Below are positions 39,148-51,570 of a stretch of DNA of 64,000 nt, in pieces. The notes below the pieces were generated by a model. That model worked only from the letters and a program-made list of their open reading frames with translations, ran no database searches and was not told where the DNA came from. Position numbers and translations under genes: made by a program. This stretch comes from Pseudomonadota bacterium (lineage in GTDB: Bacteria; Myxococcota; JACRCW01; JAFGSX01). The stretch's first letter is position 1; every line of letters starts with the position of its first letter. The DNA is taken from positions 13,735 through 77,734 of the forward strand of contig JBDRCO010000033.1 of assembly GCA_043821645.1 (NCBI GenBank). The letters run 5' to 3'.

Positions 39148-40116
39148 TCAAGGTGCACTCCCTCCCAGGGACTCCGCCTCCACGTTCCCCTGTGGGGGGC
39201 CTCCCAGCTTCTTGATGAGCAGCTTGTTCAGGCCGCGCTCGTGCAACCGGACCCGGTACATGTAGCGGCTCCCGCTCGCGGTCTGAAAAGTGAGTTCGTG
39301 CTCGCCCGGAGAAAGTCGCAGAGCCTTGGAGGGAAACACCGGCGTGCGCATCCCGCTGTCCTTGCCGTCGATGAACAGCCTGGCAGGCGGGTGCGTGTTG
39401 ACGGCCAGCTCGACCCGACCATCGTCCGCGACGGCAGATGGCGCGGCTCCGGCAGCCGGGCTGTCCCCGGTCTGCGCTTCACAGTTGCTGCACCCCAGGT
39501 AGTCCGGGTCGCGAAGGAAGGCATTGCCGAGTGGTGTGGCGCCAGGCCTTGGAACGCTGAGCACGGCGGGCCCGGGCGCCTCGACCCGCACCCGGTAGCT
39601 GTGGCGCTGGCCCAGGGCGTCGACGAGCTGCACTTCGTGGGTACCGACGCTCAGTGCCTCACCACGGAGGGGAGTCCGGCTGGCCAGCGCGCGCCCATCG
39701 ATCTCCACCTGCAGCCCGGCCACGCCCACGATGTCGAAGGGAACCCGGGGGCTCGGCGAGAGGTCGTCCTCGTTTTCAGTGTCGTCGTCTTCGGGTCCGG
39801 GCCGGCCTTGCAGATAGACCGTGAGCTGCTGTGCCGTGTGAGGAACCAGGGTCAGGGTTCGGCTCCAGCGGGCGTGACCATCCAGCGTGAGCACGACGCG
39901 GTGGCTCGGGATCTTCGACGTCGCGCTGGCGGGGCTGCCGAGGCGGTAGGGCGTCTGGCCTGCGGGCTCGCCGTCGATGGAGACCTGGGCTCCCGGCGGC
40001 ACGCTGTCGATGATCAGGGTTCCCGGGTCTGGTCGGTCCACGACCGGGGCCGAGCCGGAGATCTGGCAGCCCAGGCAGCACAGGATGGTGAGCACGAGCC
40101 AGGAGCCACTTCGCAT
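39148..40116 (-). CDS. PEGA-domain lipoprotein
   Basis: IDSVPPGAQVSIDG..GQTP and NTHPPARLFIDG..RTP; CLGC lipobox. Confidence 0.8.
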   Translation of the reverse strand: MRSGSWLVLTILCCLGCQISGSAPVVDRPDPGTLIIDSVPPGAQVSIDGEPAGQTPYRLGSPASATSKIPSHRVVLTLDGHARWSRTLTLVPHTAQQLTVYLQGRPGPEDDDTENEDDLSPSPRVPFDIVGVAGLQVEIDGRALASRTPLRGEALSVGTHEVQLVDALGQRHSYRVRVEAPGPAVLSVPRPGATPLGNAFLRDPDYLGCSNCEAQTGDSPAAGAAPSAVADDGRVELAVNTHPPARLFIDGKDSGMRTPVFPSKALRLSPGEHELTFQTASGSRYMYRVRLHERGLNKLLIKKLGGPPQGNVEAESLGGSAP

Positions 40117-40294
40117 CAAGCACTCGCTCCTTCCCGGATTCTCAATCACGAACCTCGTCGCAGACCTGGTGCGAGCACCGGAGCCGATCCAGCTCCCTGT
40201 CTACCTCGCGCCGCGCGACGGTTCCAGTGTGCAGCACGCGCTGGCCGCGGCTCAAAAAAACAGCTAGGACTGCCGACGAACCGAAAGGAATGCC

Positions 40295-41140
40295 ATGGCC
40301 GACCCGACGCAGCGCACCGTTTCGCCTTTGCCCGACCCAGCCGCCCCATCCGTGCTCGTCATCGCCGAGTCCGATCCCTCGGGCAGTGCTGGCGTGCAGG
40401 GGGACCTGACCACGCTGGCGGCTCTCGGTGTCTACGGCATGGCCGTGCCGACCGCGCTCACCGTCCGCGGTGCCGGCTCCGTGCAACGGATCGTAGGTGT
40501 CTCCCCGGCGCTGACCCAGGCCAGCATCCGCGCCGTGCTCGACGAGCTCCCGGTTGCCGCCGTCAAGATCGGGACCCTACCCGACGCCGCCACCGCCGCG
40601 GCCGTGGCGCGGGCTCTCGAGCAGTACGCGGGACCACTGGTGCTGGACCCGACGACGCACCGTGTGCGGCGGACACGCTACGGAGACCGCCGGCTGCGCG
40701 ACGCACTGGTCGACCTGCTGGTCCCGCGCGCCACCGTGGTCACTCCCAACCTCAATGCCGCCACGGCGCTGTGCCGGATCGAGGTGCGCGACCTGGAGAT
40801 GATGATCGCGGCAGCCCGCGCCCTGGTCGGCATTGGCGCCGCCTGTGCCATGGTCAAGGGTGGGGGGCTCGACGGCGATCCCGTCGACGTGCTGGTCGAC
40901 CGCCAGGCCTTCTCGCTGCTCTGGGGAACGCGCCACCACCTGCCGCGAACCCGCGGTGGAGGCAGCGCCGTGTCGACGGCTGTGGCCGTGGCCCTCGCCC
41001 GGGGCGCCGATCCCCGCGCCGCCTGCATCGACGCGCGCATCCGCCTGGACCGCGCCCTGGCCACGGATCACGTCATCGGGCGCGGCACGCCGTCCATCGC
41101 CCACCATGCGCTGCGCCTGGCAGGACCCACGCCTCACTAA
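40295..41140 (+). CDS. ThiD-like (HMP/HMP-P kinase) protein with degenerate catalytic motifs
   Basis: IAESDPSGSAGVQGDL, VKIG, VTPNL, KGG; but NLNA and RGGGS replace NxxE and HGTGC. Confidence 0.8.
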   Translation: MADPTQRTVSPLPDPAAPSVLVIAESDPSGSAGVQGDLTTLAALGVYGMAVPTALTVRGAGSVQRIVGVSPALTQASIRAVLDELPVAAVKIGTLPDAATAAAVARALEQYAGPLVLDPTTHRVRRTRYGDRRLRDALVDLLVPRATVVTPNLNAATALCRIEVRDLEMMIAAARALVGIGAACAMVKGGGLDGDPVDVLVDRQAFSLLWGTRHHLPRTRGGGSAVSTAVAVALARGADPRAACIDARIRLDRALATDHVIGRGTPSIAHHALRLAGPTPH

Positions 41141-41592
41141 CCGGCTTTCTTGCTCTTGCTCTTCTTGGATTTGGCCTTGGAGATGGTCGACCCCGAGGTC
41201 ATGGAGCGCGCCTCGGCCATGCGCGCCGCCACGTGCGGCCGGAACTCCGGAGCGATGGTGGCCAGCGGTTCCCATCCATCCTCGACGGACTCGCTCATCA
41301 GCAGGGGATCGTCGTCACCGAGCAGCTGGTAGATGTTCCGGCGATGCCTTTGCTCCTCGGGATCGTCTTCCCACTCGTCGAGCTCGCTGAGTCCAACGCC
41401 GGTGTAGCGTCCGACACCAACGCCGGTGGACCCATCGGCCTCGCCCTTGCGCCTGCCCTTCTTGGCCTTGGCCGCGCCGCCGGTGGTGGTCCCGCCGATG
41501 CCCGCACTGGTGGACTTGCCCTTCTGCTCGGTCTTGGGCTGCTGCTGCGGGAGGGGGCGAAGCGGTGTCCCTCCACGAATGCCACCGGGCAT
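41137..41592 (-). CDS. Hypothetical low-complexity protein with Lys-rich tail
   Basis: GGAG RBS, GC3-rich codons. Confidence 0.6.
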   Translation of the reverse strand: MPGGIRGGTPLRPLPQQQPKTEQKGKSTSAGIGGTTTGGAAKAKKGRRKGEADGSTGVGVGRYTGVGLSELDEWEDDPEEQRHRRNIYQLLGDDDPLLMSESVEDGWEPLATIAPEFRPHVAARMAEARSMTSGSTISKAKSKKSKSKKAG

Positions 41593-41711
41593 GATCGTCT
41601 CCGTCGAGGCCGCGCACATCGACGCGCGGGTTCTTCTTCATAGTGTAACACAGGCCCGCTGTCACGCCGTCTGCTTGTGAGTTCGCGCGCATTTGTGCCA
41701 CACTCCCCGCC

Positions 41712-42560
41712 GTGACTGCCCCTCGCGCGATGGTCCAGACCTCCCTGCGCTTCGGCGACGAAGCCCTGGCACTGGGACTGCATGATCAGGCCCTCGAGCA
41801 CTACGAGGCGGCTCTCGCCAGCGACCGCAAATCTGCCGAAGCCTGGGTTGGCAAGGCTCGGGTGCTCAGGCACTGGGGGCGTCTGGGCGATGCCGAGGAC
41901 GCCTACATCCATGCTGTCGAGGCGAGCCCGCAGCTGGTTCAGGCCTGGATCGAACTCATCCAGCTCGAGTTCGAGGGCGGCGCGCCCGAGGTGGCCGAGG
42001 AGAACCTGGCGGCGGCCCTGCGCCTGCACCCTGGCCATGCCGAGCTGGTCAAACTGCGCTCCAGCACCCAGAAAGCCGTCGAGCCCGGGACACCGGCAGA
42101 TGTGCTTGCCGAGTTGCGGGCTGCGCTGGACGCCGAGGACAGCGCGACCGCGCTCGAGGCGCTGGACTATCTCTTTGTCGAGTTTCCGGAAGATCCCCTG
42201 ACCTCGGTGGCAAGAGCCGAGATGTATCTGGCCGTGGGAGACGACGACCCGGTGGACCTGATCCACACCCTCAACCGCGTGCGCAGCCAGCACCCCAACC
42301 TGTGGGAGATCCTCAGTGCCCTGGGTCGCCTGATGATGGCTCGCAGCCCCATGCGCAACCTGCGCGTGGGCGCGGCGCTGTGCGAGGATGCCTGGCGCGT
42401 CAGCGGCGAGCACCCGCGGGCGGGGCTGGCCCTGGTCGAAGCCTGGTCGGCTCTTGGCAAGGACAGACTGGCCCACGCCCTGTGCCAGCGACTGGCGCAA
42501 GGAGAGGGCGTCGAGGCCGAGATCGCGAGCACCTGGCTGGAGGCCGCCAGCTCGGACTAG
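41712..42560 (+). CDS. TPR-repeat protein
   Basis: Repeated helical TPR-like patterns. Confidence 0.8.
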   Translation: MTAPRAMVQTSLRFGDEALALGLHDQALEHYEAALASDRKSAEAWVGKARVLRHWGRLGDAEDAYIHAVEASPQLVQAWIELIQLEFEGGAPEVAEENLAAALRLHPGHAELVKLRSSTQKAVEPGTPADVLAELRAALDAEDSATALEALDYLFVEFPEDPLTSVARAEMYLAVGDDDPVDLIHTLNRVRSQHPNLWEILSALGRLMMARSPMRNLRVGAALCEDAWRVSGEHPRAGLALVEAWSALGKDRLAHALCQRLAQGEGVEAEIASTWLEAASSD

Positions 42561-42722
42561 CACCGGTTTCGCGCCGAGCTGACCGATGGTGCCGGGCACC
42601 CCCTACCTCGGACTCCGATGCAGGCGAAAACAGTCCAGGCGAGAGGTTGGAGCAGACCCGCCGGCAAGTGACCGACGAGCATCCGCGCAAGGGGTGGTGC
42701 GGACGAACGCTACGAGGAGAGG

Positions 42723-44807
42723 CTAGGCCCCCCGGTAGCGCCTGACGCACAGCGCGATCGCCAGCAACAGGACACCCAGGAAGGGCGGGGCCTGGGCCGG
42801 GCCCTGACAGATGCAACCTGGTGGCTCGGCACCAAGCGCCGCGTCGCTGCGCCCCGCATCGCCTGCGGCGTCGGTGGTCGCCGACGCATCCGCCAGCACA
42901 GCCCCATCGACCACGCCGGCGTCGTTGAACACCGGATCGCAGGCATCCCCCACACCGTCCTGGTCGGTGTCTGCCTGGTCGCGATTGGGTACCAGACGGC
43001 AATTGTCCGCACCGTCGTCGACATCGTCGTCGTCGGAGTCCGTGTCGCGCAGATCGGGCGTGCCGTCGCGGTCGGTGTCGACAGGCGCCGAGAGCAGGTC
43101 CGCATCGCCGGCCTCGTCCCTATCCAGCACGCCGTCGCCGTCAGAGTCGTCGTCCAGGGCATCGATATCGGTGTCACCATCGGTGTTGCGCGGCGCGCCG
43201 GGATCGCCCAGCTCGTCGAGATCGGACACCGTGTCTCCGTCCGAGTCGCGGCTGCTCGTGTCCATACCCAGGGCATCCTCCAGGGTGTCCGGCACGCCGT
43301 CGCCATCGTCATCGATGGCAGTGCAGACCAGGGTCAGGTCGCTCCCCGCGGTCCCCAGACCGTCACTCGCGGTCAGGCGCAAACGCCAGGTCCCGGCCTC
43401 GGAGTAGTGCGGCACCCAGCTGAAGGCACCACTCCCGGCATCCATGGAGGCACCCGGCGGAAAACCAAGCCCCGCATAGGTCACGCTGTCGCCCTCGGGA
43501 TCCTGGGCCGCTGCGGTGAAGTTCACAGCCACCCCTTCGGCCACCGCGAGGGTGCCCTGGGGGGTCGGGGAGACGAACACGGGCAGGTCGTTGACCCCGG
43601 TGACGCGCACCCAGCTCTGGGCCTGCAGGCTGACGTCGCTGCCATCGTCGACCTGGAACACGATCGTGCGCTGCCCGGCGGTCGGATCGTCCCCGGCCGA
43701 GTTCTCGTAACGCACGCTTCGCAAGGCGGCCTGAAAACTGGCAAGGTCCGCCGGTCCCTGCAGGAGCAGGATGCCGGTGGCGGCCGCGAAGGCCTGGGCG
43801 GTGACGCCGAAGGCGGCGACGAAGGACAGCAGATCCTCCCCCTGCACGTAGCCATCACCCAGCGTCACGGTGGCACTGTTGATGGTGTTGCCGTCGTCAG
43901 TGAGCCGCAGCATGGGATCCACCGCAACCGCGCCATCGCCCTCGAGGTAGCTCAGGGTGCTGCCCGCGCTGACCACGGGCGCGCCGTTGGGCATGTGCAG
44001 CTCCAGGCGCAGGTCGTAAAAATTGGGGTCGTCCGCAAACTGGGGTGCCACCCGGGCCACAAAATCTCCCGCCGCCAGATCGACGCTGATGACGGTGGCA
44101 TCCTCGACCTGGCTCGCAGTGCCCTGCACCTGGCCGGCCGTGTTCTCGATGCGCAGCAGCACGCGTCCGGCCGCCGGGGCATGCAGCACGGCGAGCTCCA
44201 CCCGCAGCGGCACGCCGAGGGTGAAGGCCACCCAGTCCTCGCTGTCGTTGGCGATGCGGTCGAGGGTCAGTCCCGGAGTCACGCTGCGCGCCGCGATAGC
44301 CGAATCGTCCTCCTCGGCCGCGTCGTCGTCGACCAGAACCACGCTCAACACGGACGTCTCTGGCACGTCATACAGGCAGAAGGTGCCGCATTCGGCCTTG
44401 GTCACTCGCGCCCAGGCATACAGCTCCACGGCCGTGCCGAGATCGTCGTCCTGGAACCAGGACCCGCAATCAAAGCGCCGATCGATGCCGTTGGCGCTGA
44501 CCTCGGCGGCACTCACCGTGAAGGTGGTCCCCCACACCAGATCATCCCCCAGAGGATCGTCCTCGTACACGGCGAGTTCCACGCCGTCGCCCGAGCTGAG
44601 CGCGACCTGCTGTGCCGCATCCAGGAGGCGCAGCTCGCACCAGCTCGCCTGGTCGCCGCGGATGGCCTGGGCCAGCACGTTGAGCACCACGGTGGCGTCG
44701 TCGTCGGAACCCGAGGTGCTCTGCACCGTGGGCCGGGCGTGGACCGGCGAGGCGAGTGTCGTGGCGATCAGGGATGCGATCAGAGATGCGGTGGCGACAG
44801 GGCGCAT
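42723..44807 (-). CDS. Secreted/surface protein with Ig-like domains, thrombospondin type-3 Ca-binding repeats and MYXO-CTERM-like tail
   Basis: Signal peptide, VNDLPVF, GAFSWVP, DxDGDG repeats, DNC..PN.DQ.D.D.DG.GDACD, GCIC-hydrophobic-RRYR. Confidence 0.82.
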   Translation of the reverse strand: MRPVATASLIASLIATTLASPVHARPTVQSTSGSDDDATVVLNVLAQAIRGDQASWCELRLLDAAQQVALSSGDGVELAVYEDDPLGDDLVWGTTFTVSAAEVSANGIDRRFDCGSWFQDDDLGTAVELYAWARVTKAECGTFCLYDVPETSVLSVVLVDDDAAEEDDSAIAARSVTPGLTLDRIANDSEDWVAFTLGVPLRVELAVLHAPAAGRVLLRIENTAGQVQGTASQVEDATVISVDLAAGDFVARVAPQFADDPNFYDLRLELHMPNGAPVVSAGSTLSYLEGDGAVAVDPMLRLTDDGNTINSATVTLGDGYVQGEDLLSFVAAFGVTAQAFAAATGILLLQGPADLASFQAALRSVRYENSAGDDPTAGQRTIVFQVDDGSDVSLQAQSWVRVTGVNDLPVFVSPTPQGTLAVAEGVAVNFTAAAQDPEGDSVTYAGLGFPPGASMDAGSGAFSWVPHYSEAGTWRLRLTASDGLGTAGSDLTLVCTAIDDDGDGVPDTLEDALGMDTSSRDSDGDTVSDLDELGDPGAPRNTDGDTDIDALDDDSDGDGVLDRDEAGDADLLSAPVDTDRDGTPDLRDTDSDDDDVDDGADNCRLVPNRDQADTDQDGVGDACDPVFNDAGVVDGAVLADASATTDAAGDAGRSDAALGAEPPGCICQGPAQAPPFLGVLLLAIALCVRRYRGA

Positions 44808-44898
44808 GGTCTCCCCCACGAGGTATCGTCGACGAGACGGACCTCGTCAAAGGGTAGGTGCTGCACCCGGGAGGGTCAAGAAGACGGGCAAGGTCGCC

Positions 44899-45090
44899 TC
44901 AGAAGCGCATGCCCCGCTTCGCGCGAAACTTGAACCAGTCGAAGCCGAGATAGCTGGCCACACCGAGCAGGGGTACACCCAGGATCCAGGTCAGCCCGGC
45001 GCCGGCCACCAGGCCCACTCCGGCCACGCCGACGAACAGGTAGCGCTTGCGCCTCTCGACCATCTTGTCGCGCTCGACCAGCGTGCCCAT
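44899..45090 (-). CDS. Small membrane protein
   Basis: 63 aa, hydrophobic core, AAAGGA RBS, ends KFRAKRGMRF. Confidence 0.7.
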   Translation of the reverse strand: MGTLVERDKMVERRKRYLFVGVAGVGLVAGAGLTWILGVPLLGVASYLGFDWFKFRAKRGMRF

Positions 45091-45300
45091 GCCGGTATCC
45101 TTTCTCTGCTTCGATGCACACCCTGTTTTACGACGCTAGCACATCTTGCCTGGCCCATCGTGCCCACACCCACCAGGTCCGAGGCAAGTTCTCGCCCTTG
45201 GGGCACCGCTGCGGTGCCAGCCGGGAGCTCGCTGTGGTAGAAAAGAGCCCTCCTGCCGACGCCGCACACGTCGGCGCCCACACGGCCCTGGAGGTCTGCC

Positions 45301-46532
45301 ATGCGCTGCCCGTCGTCGTGGATTCCTGGTGCGCTGGTACTCCTCGGAACCCAGCTGGCCTGCCCACGCACAGCAACCGAACCGGGTGCATCCAAGACGG
45401 CTCCAACGCCCAGCGCCCCCGGGGTGGCAACACCATCCCAGAGCATTGTCGAGGGGGCCTTCAACGTGGCCTTCGTGTACATCGGTCCGGTGGGCGATGG
45501 CGGCTGGACCTATGCCCACGACCAGGGGCGCCGGGATCTCGAGAAGCGGGTGCCAGGTGTGCACACGGCCTACATCGAGTCCGTGGCCGAGGGAGCCGAC
45601 GCAGCCCAGGTGATCCGGGGTCTCGCACGCAAGCGCTTTGACCTCATCGTGACGACGAGCTTTGGCTACATGGATGCCACCGAACAGGTGGCCGCTGAGT
45701 TTCCGGCGGTCCGTTTTCTGCACGTGTCAGGCTTCCGCTCCAATGGTTCCAACTTTGGCAATCTCTTCGGTGCGATGGAGAGCATGAAGTACCTGGCTGG
45801 CATGATCGCGGGAGCCAGGGCCAAGGCCGACGGCCGCCCCAAGGTGGGTTACATCGCGCCCTTCCCCATCCCCGAGGTGGTACGCCTGGGCAACGCCATG
45901 ACCTTGGGCGTGCGCCGGACATGCCCCGAATGCACCGTTGCGATTCGCTGGATCCACACCTGGTTCGACCCTGCGCGCGAGCGCGAGGCCGCCGAGTCGC
46001 TGCTGGCCGAGGGCGTCGATGTGGTGGTCACTGGCGCGGACAGCACGGGCCCCCTCACCGCAGCGGCTCAGCACGAGCGCTGGGCCATCGGCTACGACTC
46101 GGAGAACGCGTGCCAGGCGAGCCCGGCGCGCTGCCTGACCACACCTTACTGGAACTGGGGGCCCATCTACGCCGACGTCGTGAAGCAGATCCGCGCAGGG
46201 ACCTGGCGCGGGCACAATGACTACCGCGACGTCGACAGCGGCATCGTCGGACTGGCTGGCTTCATGGATGGACAGCAACCCGCACCCGGTGTCCCCGCCG
46301 AGGTGATCCCGCAGATTCGCGAGGTGCTCAGCGGGATGCAGCACGGGACCTTCACACGCTTCGATCTGTTCAGGGCGCCACTGCGCGACAACCGGGACCG
46401 CGTCATCCTCGACGGCGACGCGAGGCTGAGCCAGGAAGACCTCGAAGGCATTCGCGGGATCCCGGGGCGCACGGATTGCACGATCTGCATGGACTTCCTC
46501 GTCGAGGGCATGGTCGGGGCCCTGCCACTCCA

Positions 46533-46536
<4 letters not shown>
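45301..46536 (+). CDS. BMP-family ABC substrate-binding lipoprotein (nucleoside/purine type)
   Basis: YIGPVGDGGWTYAHDQG, TSFGYMD, WFDP, WNWG. Confidence 0.92.
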
Positions 46537-48064
<1,528 letters not shown>

Positions 48065-48068
<4 letters not shown>

Positions 48069-49159
48069 TCCGGGGCCGTTTGGTACTGGAGCCCCGCGCC
48101 GATCCTGGCGCCGGGTGGCGCATCGCCGTCAGCGGTGCGTCCTGCCTGCTGGCCCTGCTGCTTGGAGCGGCGCTGCTGGCCCTCAGCGGTGTGCACCCCG
48201 GTCTGGCCTACACTGCCATGCTCCGCGCGTCGCTAACCGGCGGCGTCTATGCCCTGTCCGACACGGCGGTCAAGGCCACCCCCCTGGTGCTGTGCGGCCT
48301 GGGATGTGCCCTCGCCTTTCGGGCGCGCCTATGGAACGTCGGCGCCGAGGGCCAGCTGCTGCTCGGCGCCTGGGCCGCGGCTGCCGTCGGCTCCGTGTGG
48401 CTGCCGCCAGAGACGCCGCGGGCACTGCTCCTGTTGCTGATGCTGGTGGCCGCCATGACGGCGGGTGGCGCCTACGCCGCCCTGGCCGGCTGGCTGCGCA
48501 CCCGCTACCAGGTCAGCGAGATCCTCAGCACGCTCATGCTGGTCTACGTCGCCACGCACTGGAACAACTTCTGGATCTACGGCCCCTGGTCCGCGGGCGG
48601 CTTCCCCTTGACGCCGCTGTTTCCGGCCTCGTCCCGGCTGCCCCGGCTGACCGAGCTGGCGAGTTCCACGCCCGGCTTGGCGGGCATCACGCTGCACGCA
48701 GGCTGTGTCCTCGCGCCTGCGCTCGCGGTGCTGATGTGGTGGTGGCTGCGACGCAGTCGCTTCGGCTTGACCCTCGAGGTGGTTGGCGCCAGCCCCGACG
48801 TTGCCCGCAGCTCCGGCTTCGCCGTTGGCCGCCACGTCGTCATCGTGCTGGCCCTGTCTGGTGCGCTGGCAGGGCTGGCGGGAATGGTCGAGGTGTCGGG
48901 TGTGGTGTTCCGGCTGCAAGAGCGTTTCTCACCCGGCTACGGTTTCACCGCGATCATCGTGGCCTGGTTGGCGCGCCTGCACCCCGTGGGCGTGGTTCTC
49001 GTCGGCACTCTGCTCGCGGCTCTGCTGGTGGGAAGCCGCGAGGTTCAACCCGCGGGCATCGCCACCATGCTCCAGGGCTTGCTGCTCTTCGTCGTCGTCG
49101 GCGCCGATCTCCTGACCCATCATCGCCTGCGCTGGCGACGGGAGATCGCACATGCCTGA
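48065..49159 (+). CDS. ABC transporter permease
   Basis: WNVGAEGQ, GYGFTAIIVAWLA. Confidence 0.92.
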
Positions 49160-50105
49160 CTTCGGGCCCGGGAGCTTCGTGCTCAACCTGCTCGCCGCCG
49201 GCCTGGCGTACGGGACACCGGTGCTCCTCGCCGCGCTGGGTGAAGTGGTGTGCGAGCGAGGCGGAGTGATCAACCTGGGACTCGAGGGGCTCATGCTCTT
49301 TGGAGCCATGCTCGCCGTGCTGGTGGGCCTGGCGACGGGCTCGGCTCTGCTTGGCGCCCTGGCCGCGACGGCCGGAACCGCGCTGCTGTCCTCGCTACAC
49401 GCCCTGGCCTGCGTTGGCCTGAGGGCGGACCAGATCGTCTCCGGGCTGAGTCTGGGCTTCCTGGGCAGTGGCCTGGCCTCCATCCTTGGCGCGCCGCTGG
49501 TCGGAGCCCAGGCCTCGCTGCCCTGCGTGCCGACCCTCTCCTCCTCCATTCCGGTGCTCGGACCGCTGCTGTTCTCGCACAACGTCATGACCTACCTGGC
49601 CATGGTGCTGGTACCTGCGATCTGGTTCGCCTTGCACCGAACACGGCCTGGCCTGCACCTGCGGGCCGTGGGCGACAACCCTGCTGCGGCAGACAGCCTG
49701 GGTGTGCCGGTGGCGATCTATCGCTCAGGTGCCGTGATGGTCGGCGGCGCCCTGGCCGGCCTGGCCGGCGCGTCCCTGTCCCTTGGACGGACCCCCGGCT
49801 ACGTCGACGGCATGGTCTCAGGTGCGGGCTGGATCGCCCTTGGCCTGACCATCTTTGCGCGCTGGGATCCCTGGCGCGTGATCCCTGGCGCCCTGCTGTT
49901 TGGAGCGCTGCGCCGCTTGCCGCTCGACGTGCAGGGACTCGGCTGGCCCGTGCTGAGCTCTCCCAGCAGCGGCTACTTCATGAACATGCTGCCTTACCTC
50001 AGCGTCGTGGCCGTGCTGGTCTGGGGCGCTCGTCGCCACCGTGGTCCGGGAAACGGCGCACCTGCGGCCCTGGGTCGACCCTTTGTGCGAGGAGAGCACC
50101 GCTGA
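49152..50105 (+). CDS. ABC transporter permease
   Basis: ERGGVINLGLEG, GWIAL, LPY, PAALGRPF. Confidence 0.92.
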   Translation: MPDFGPGSFVLNLLAAGLAYGTPVLLAALGEVVCERGGVINLGLEGLMLFGAMLAVLVGLATGSALLGALAATAGTALLSSLHALACVGLRADQIVSGLSLGFLGSGLASILGAPLVGAQASLPCVPTLSSSIPVLGPLLFSHNVMTYLAMVLVPAIWFALHRTRPGLHLRAVGDNPAAADSLGVPVAIYRSGAVMVGGALAGLAGASLSLGRTPGYVDGMVSGAGWIALGLTIFARWDPWRVIPGALLFGALRRLPLDVQGLGWPVLSSPSSGYFMNMLPYLSVVAVLVWGARRHRGPGNGAPAALGRPFVRGEHR

Positions 50106-50187
50106 CCACCCACCGCGCGCCGGGCTGCCCGCGACGCCAGGGGGCCTACGGACGGGCGTCGCGATAGAAGGATCTTGCAGACCGGCC

Positions 50188-51363
50188 CTACTCCTGGACC
50201 ACCGGCGCGTCCTCGTAGGTCAGGCCACTCCAGTTGGTGAAGAGCGCCATCACGCCGGCAACCACGACCACAACACCCGTGCTCACGAGCAGGACATTAG
50301 TACTCAGAGCCAGGGTATCGCCCGTTTCGCCGAGATCGCGCAGGTCGCGGCCGTCAATCAGGGAGCTCGAGCTGGACATGGTTCGGTAATCGGACTGCAC
50401 GATGTTGAAGGCCACGCCACTGCCCGCGCTGGCCAGCCCCAGCACGGCAGCCACGCTGCTCGCCGCCACGAAGCTCCACAGGGGGAGCGGCGGCGGGGTG
50501 GCCCTCTCCACGGATCCTGGAGCCACCTTCACCACATGCGGCGACGAGGCGGAGCCATCCTGAAGCAGATCGCCCAGAGGGCCCGCGGTCGCCAGGTAGA
50601 ACTCGACACCGAAGCCGTCGTCACTGGCGGTCCACTCTCCAGAGATCACACCGCTCCATACGCCCTCGGGGTCACGCTTGAGGGCCAGCGCCGAGTAGGA
50701 ACTCTCTCCCTGCCGCCGGTACAGGATGCGCATCGAATCCACGGCCGTGGTCGGGTCCTGCAGGCGGTAGGCAAAACCAAGCGGGAAGCCCCCCGTGGCC
50801 TCGGCCGGATGCGCGCCGACGAGCCTGAGACTCTTGATCGTGCGCGCGATCTCGATCGCTCGCATCTGCTCCTGGATGGCGCGCTCCTCGACCTGCACCT
50901 TGCGGAACACCGCCATAATCTTGGGAGGTGTCTGCGTGGGCATGTCGAAATCAGGCCGGCCGCGCAGCAGCATGCGGAAGGGCTTCTCCGCCTCGATGGG
51001 GTCGCCGATGATGGCCAGGCTGGAGGCCTGCAGCAGGTAGGCGTCGAGCTTCTGGTCCGGAGAGATGGTCCCGCGCTCCAGCACGGCGTTGGCCAGTGGG
51101 ATCACGCGCTCGTACTCGAGGGCGTCGTAAAGAGCCCGGGCTCGCGCCAGCACCTCGTCGGTGGGTTCCGCCGCATCCACCGCGACCTCGACAGCAGCGG
51201 CCGGTACTACAGCTGTCGGGGCTGCAGCGGGGACCACTGCCGAGGACGCCTTGCCCTTCTTCTTGGCTGCTTTCTTGGCGTCCGCCGGCGCTGCGAGCGA
51301 AAACAGGAACGCGCACAGTGCAGCGGCCAGGACGCGGCTCACGAAACCACTACGGACAGACAT
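50188..51363 (-). CDS. Hypothetical exported protein with TPR-like helices and C-terminal TM pair
   Basis: Signal peptide, ARALYDALEYE, PPKI..F, hydrophobic C-terminal helices. Confidence 0.7.
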   Translation of the reverse strand: MSVRSGFVSRVLAAALCAFLFSLAAPADAKKAAKKKGKASSAVVPAAAPTAVVPAAAVEVAVDAAEPTDEVLARARALYDALEYERVIPLANAVLERGTISPDQKLDAYLLQASSLAIIGDPIEAEKPFRMLLRGRPDFDMPTQTPPKIMAVFRKVQVEERAIQEQMRAIEIARTIKSLRLVGAHPAEATGGFPLGFAYRLQDPTTAVDSMRILYRRQGESSYSALALKRDPEGVWSGVISGEWTASDDGFGVEFYLATAGPLGDLLQDGSASSPHVVKVAPGSVERATPPPLPLWSFVAASSVAAVLGLASAGSGVAFNIVQSDYRTMSSSSSLIDGRDLRDLGETGDTLALSTNVLLVSTGVVVVVAGVMALFTNWSGLTYEDAPVVQE

Positions 51364-51570
51364 CGTGATACTCCGTCGTTGTTCCCGGGGTGGCGACGTC
51401 GCGGTCATGTTAGCACACGTTCCCTGCGGTGCACCCCTGCCCCTGCACGTCAATGCAGATGCGCCAGAAAAAGTCAGCGCGACGGTACTCAGCATCATCG
51501 ACGCCAGCGCAAAGGCGCGAACGCCAGGGAACAGGCGCGGGGATGCAAGGACCCCCTGGAGAGAGAACCC

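Noticed and set aside
40150-40294. TPP riboswitch before the thiD-like gene
   Set aside because: No CTGAGA...ACCTGA consensus is present.
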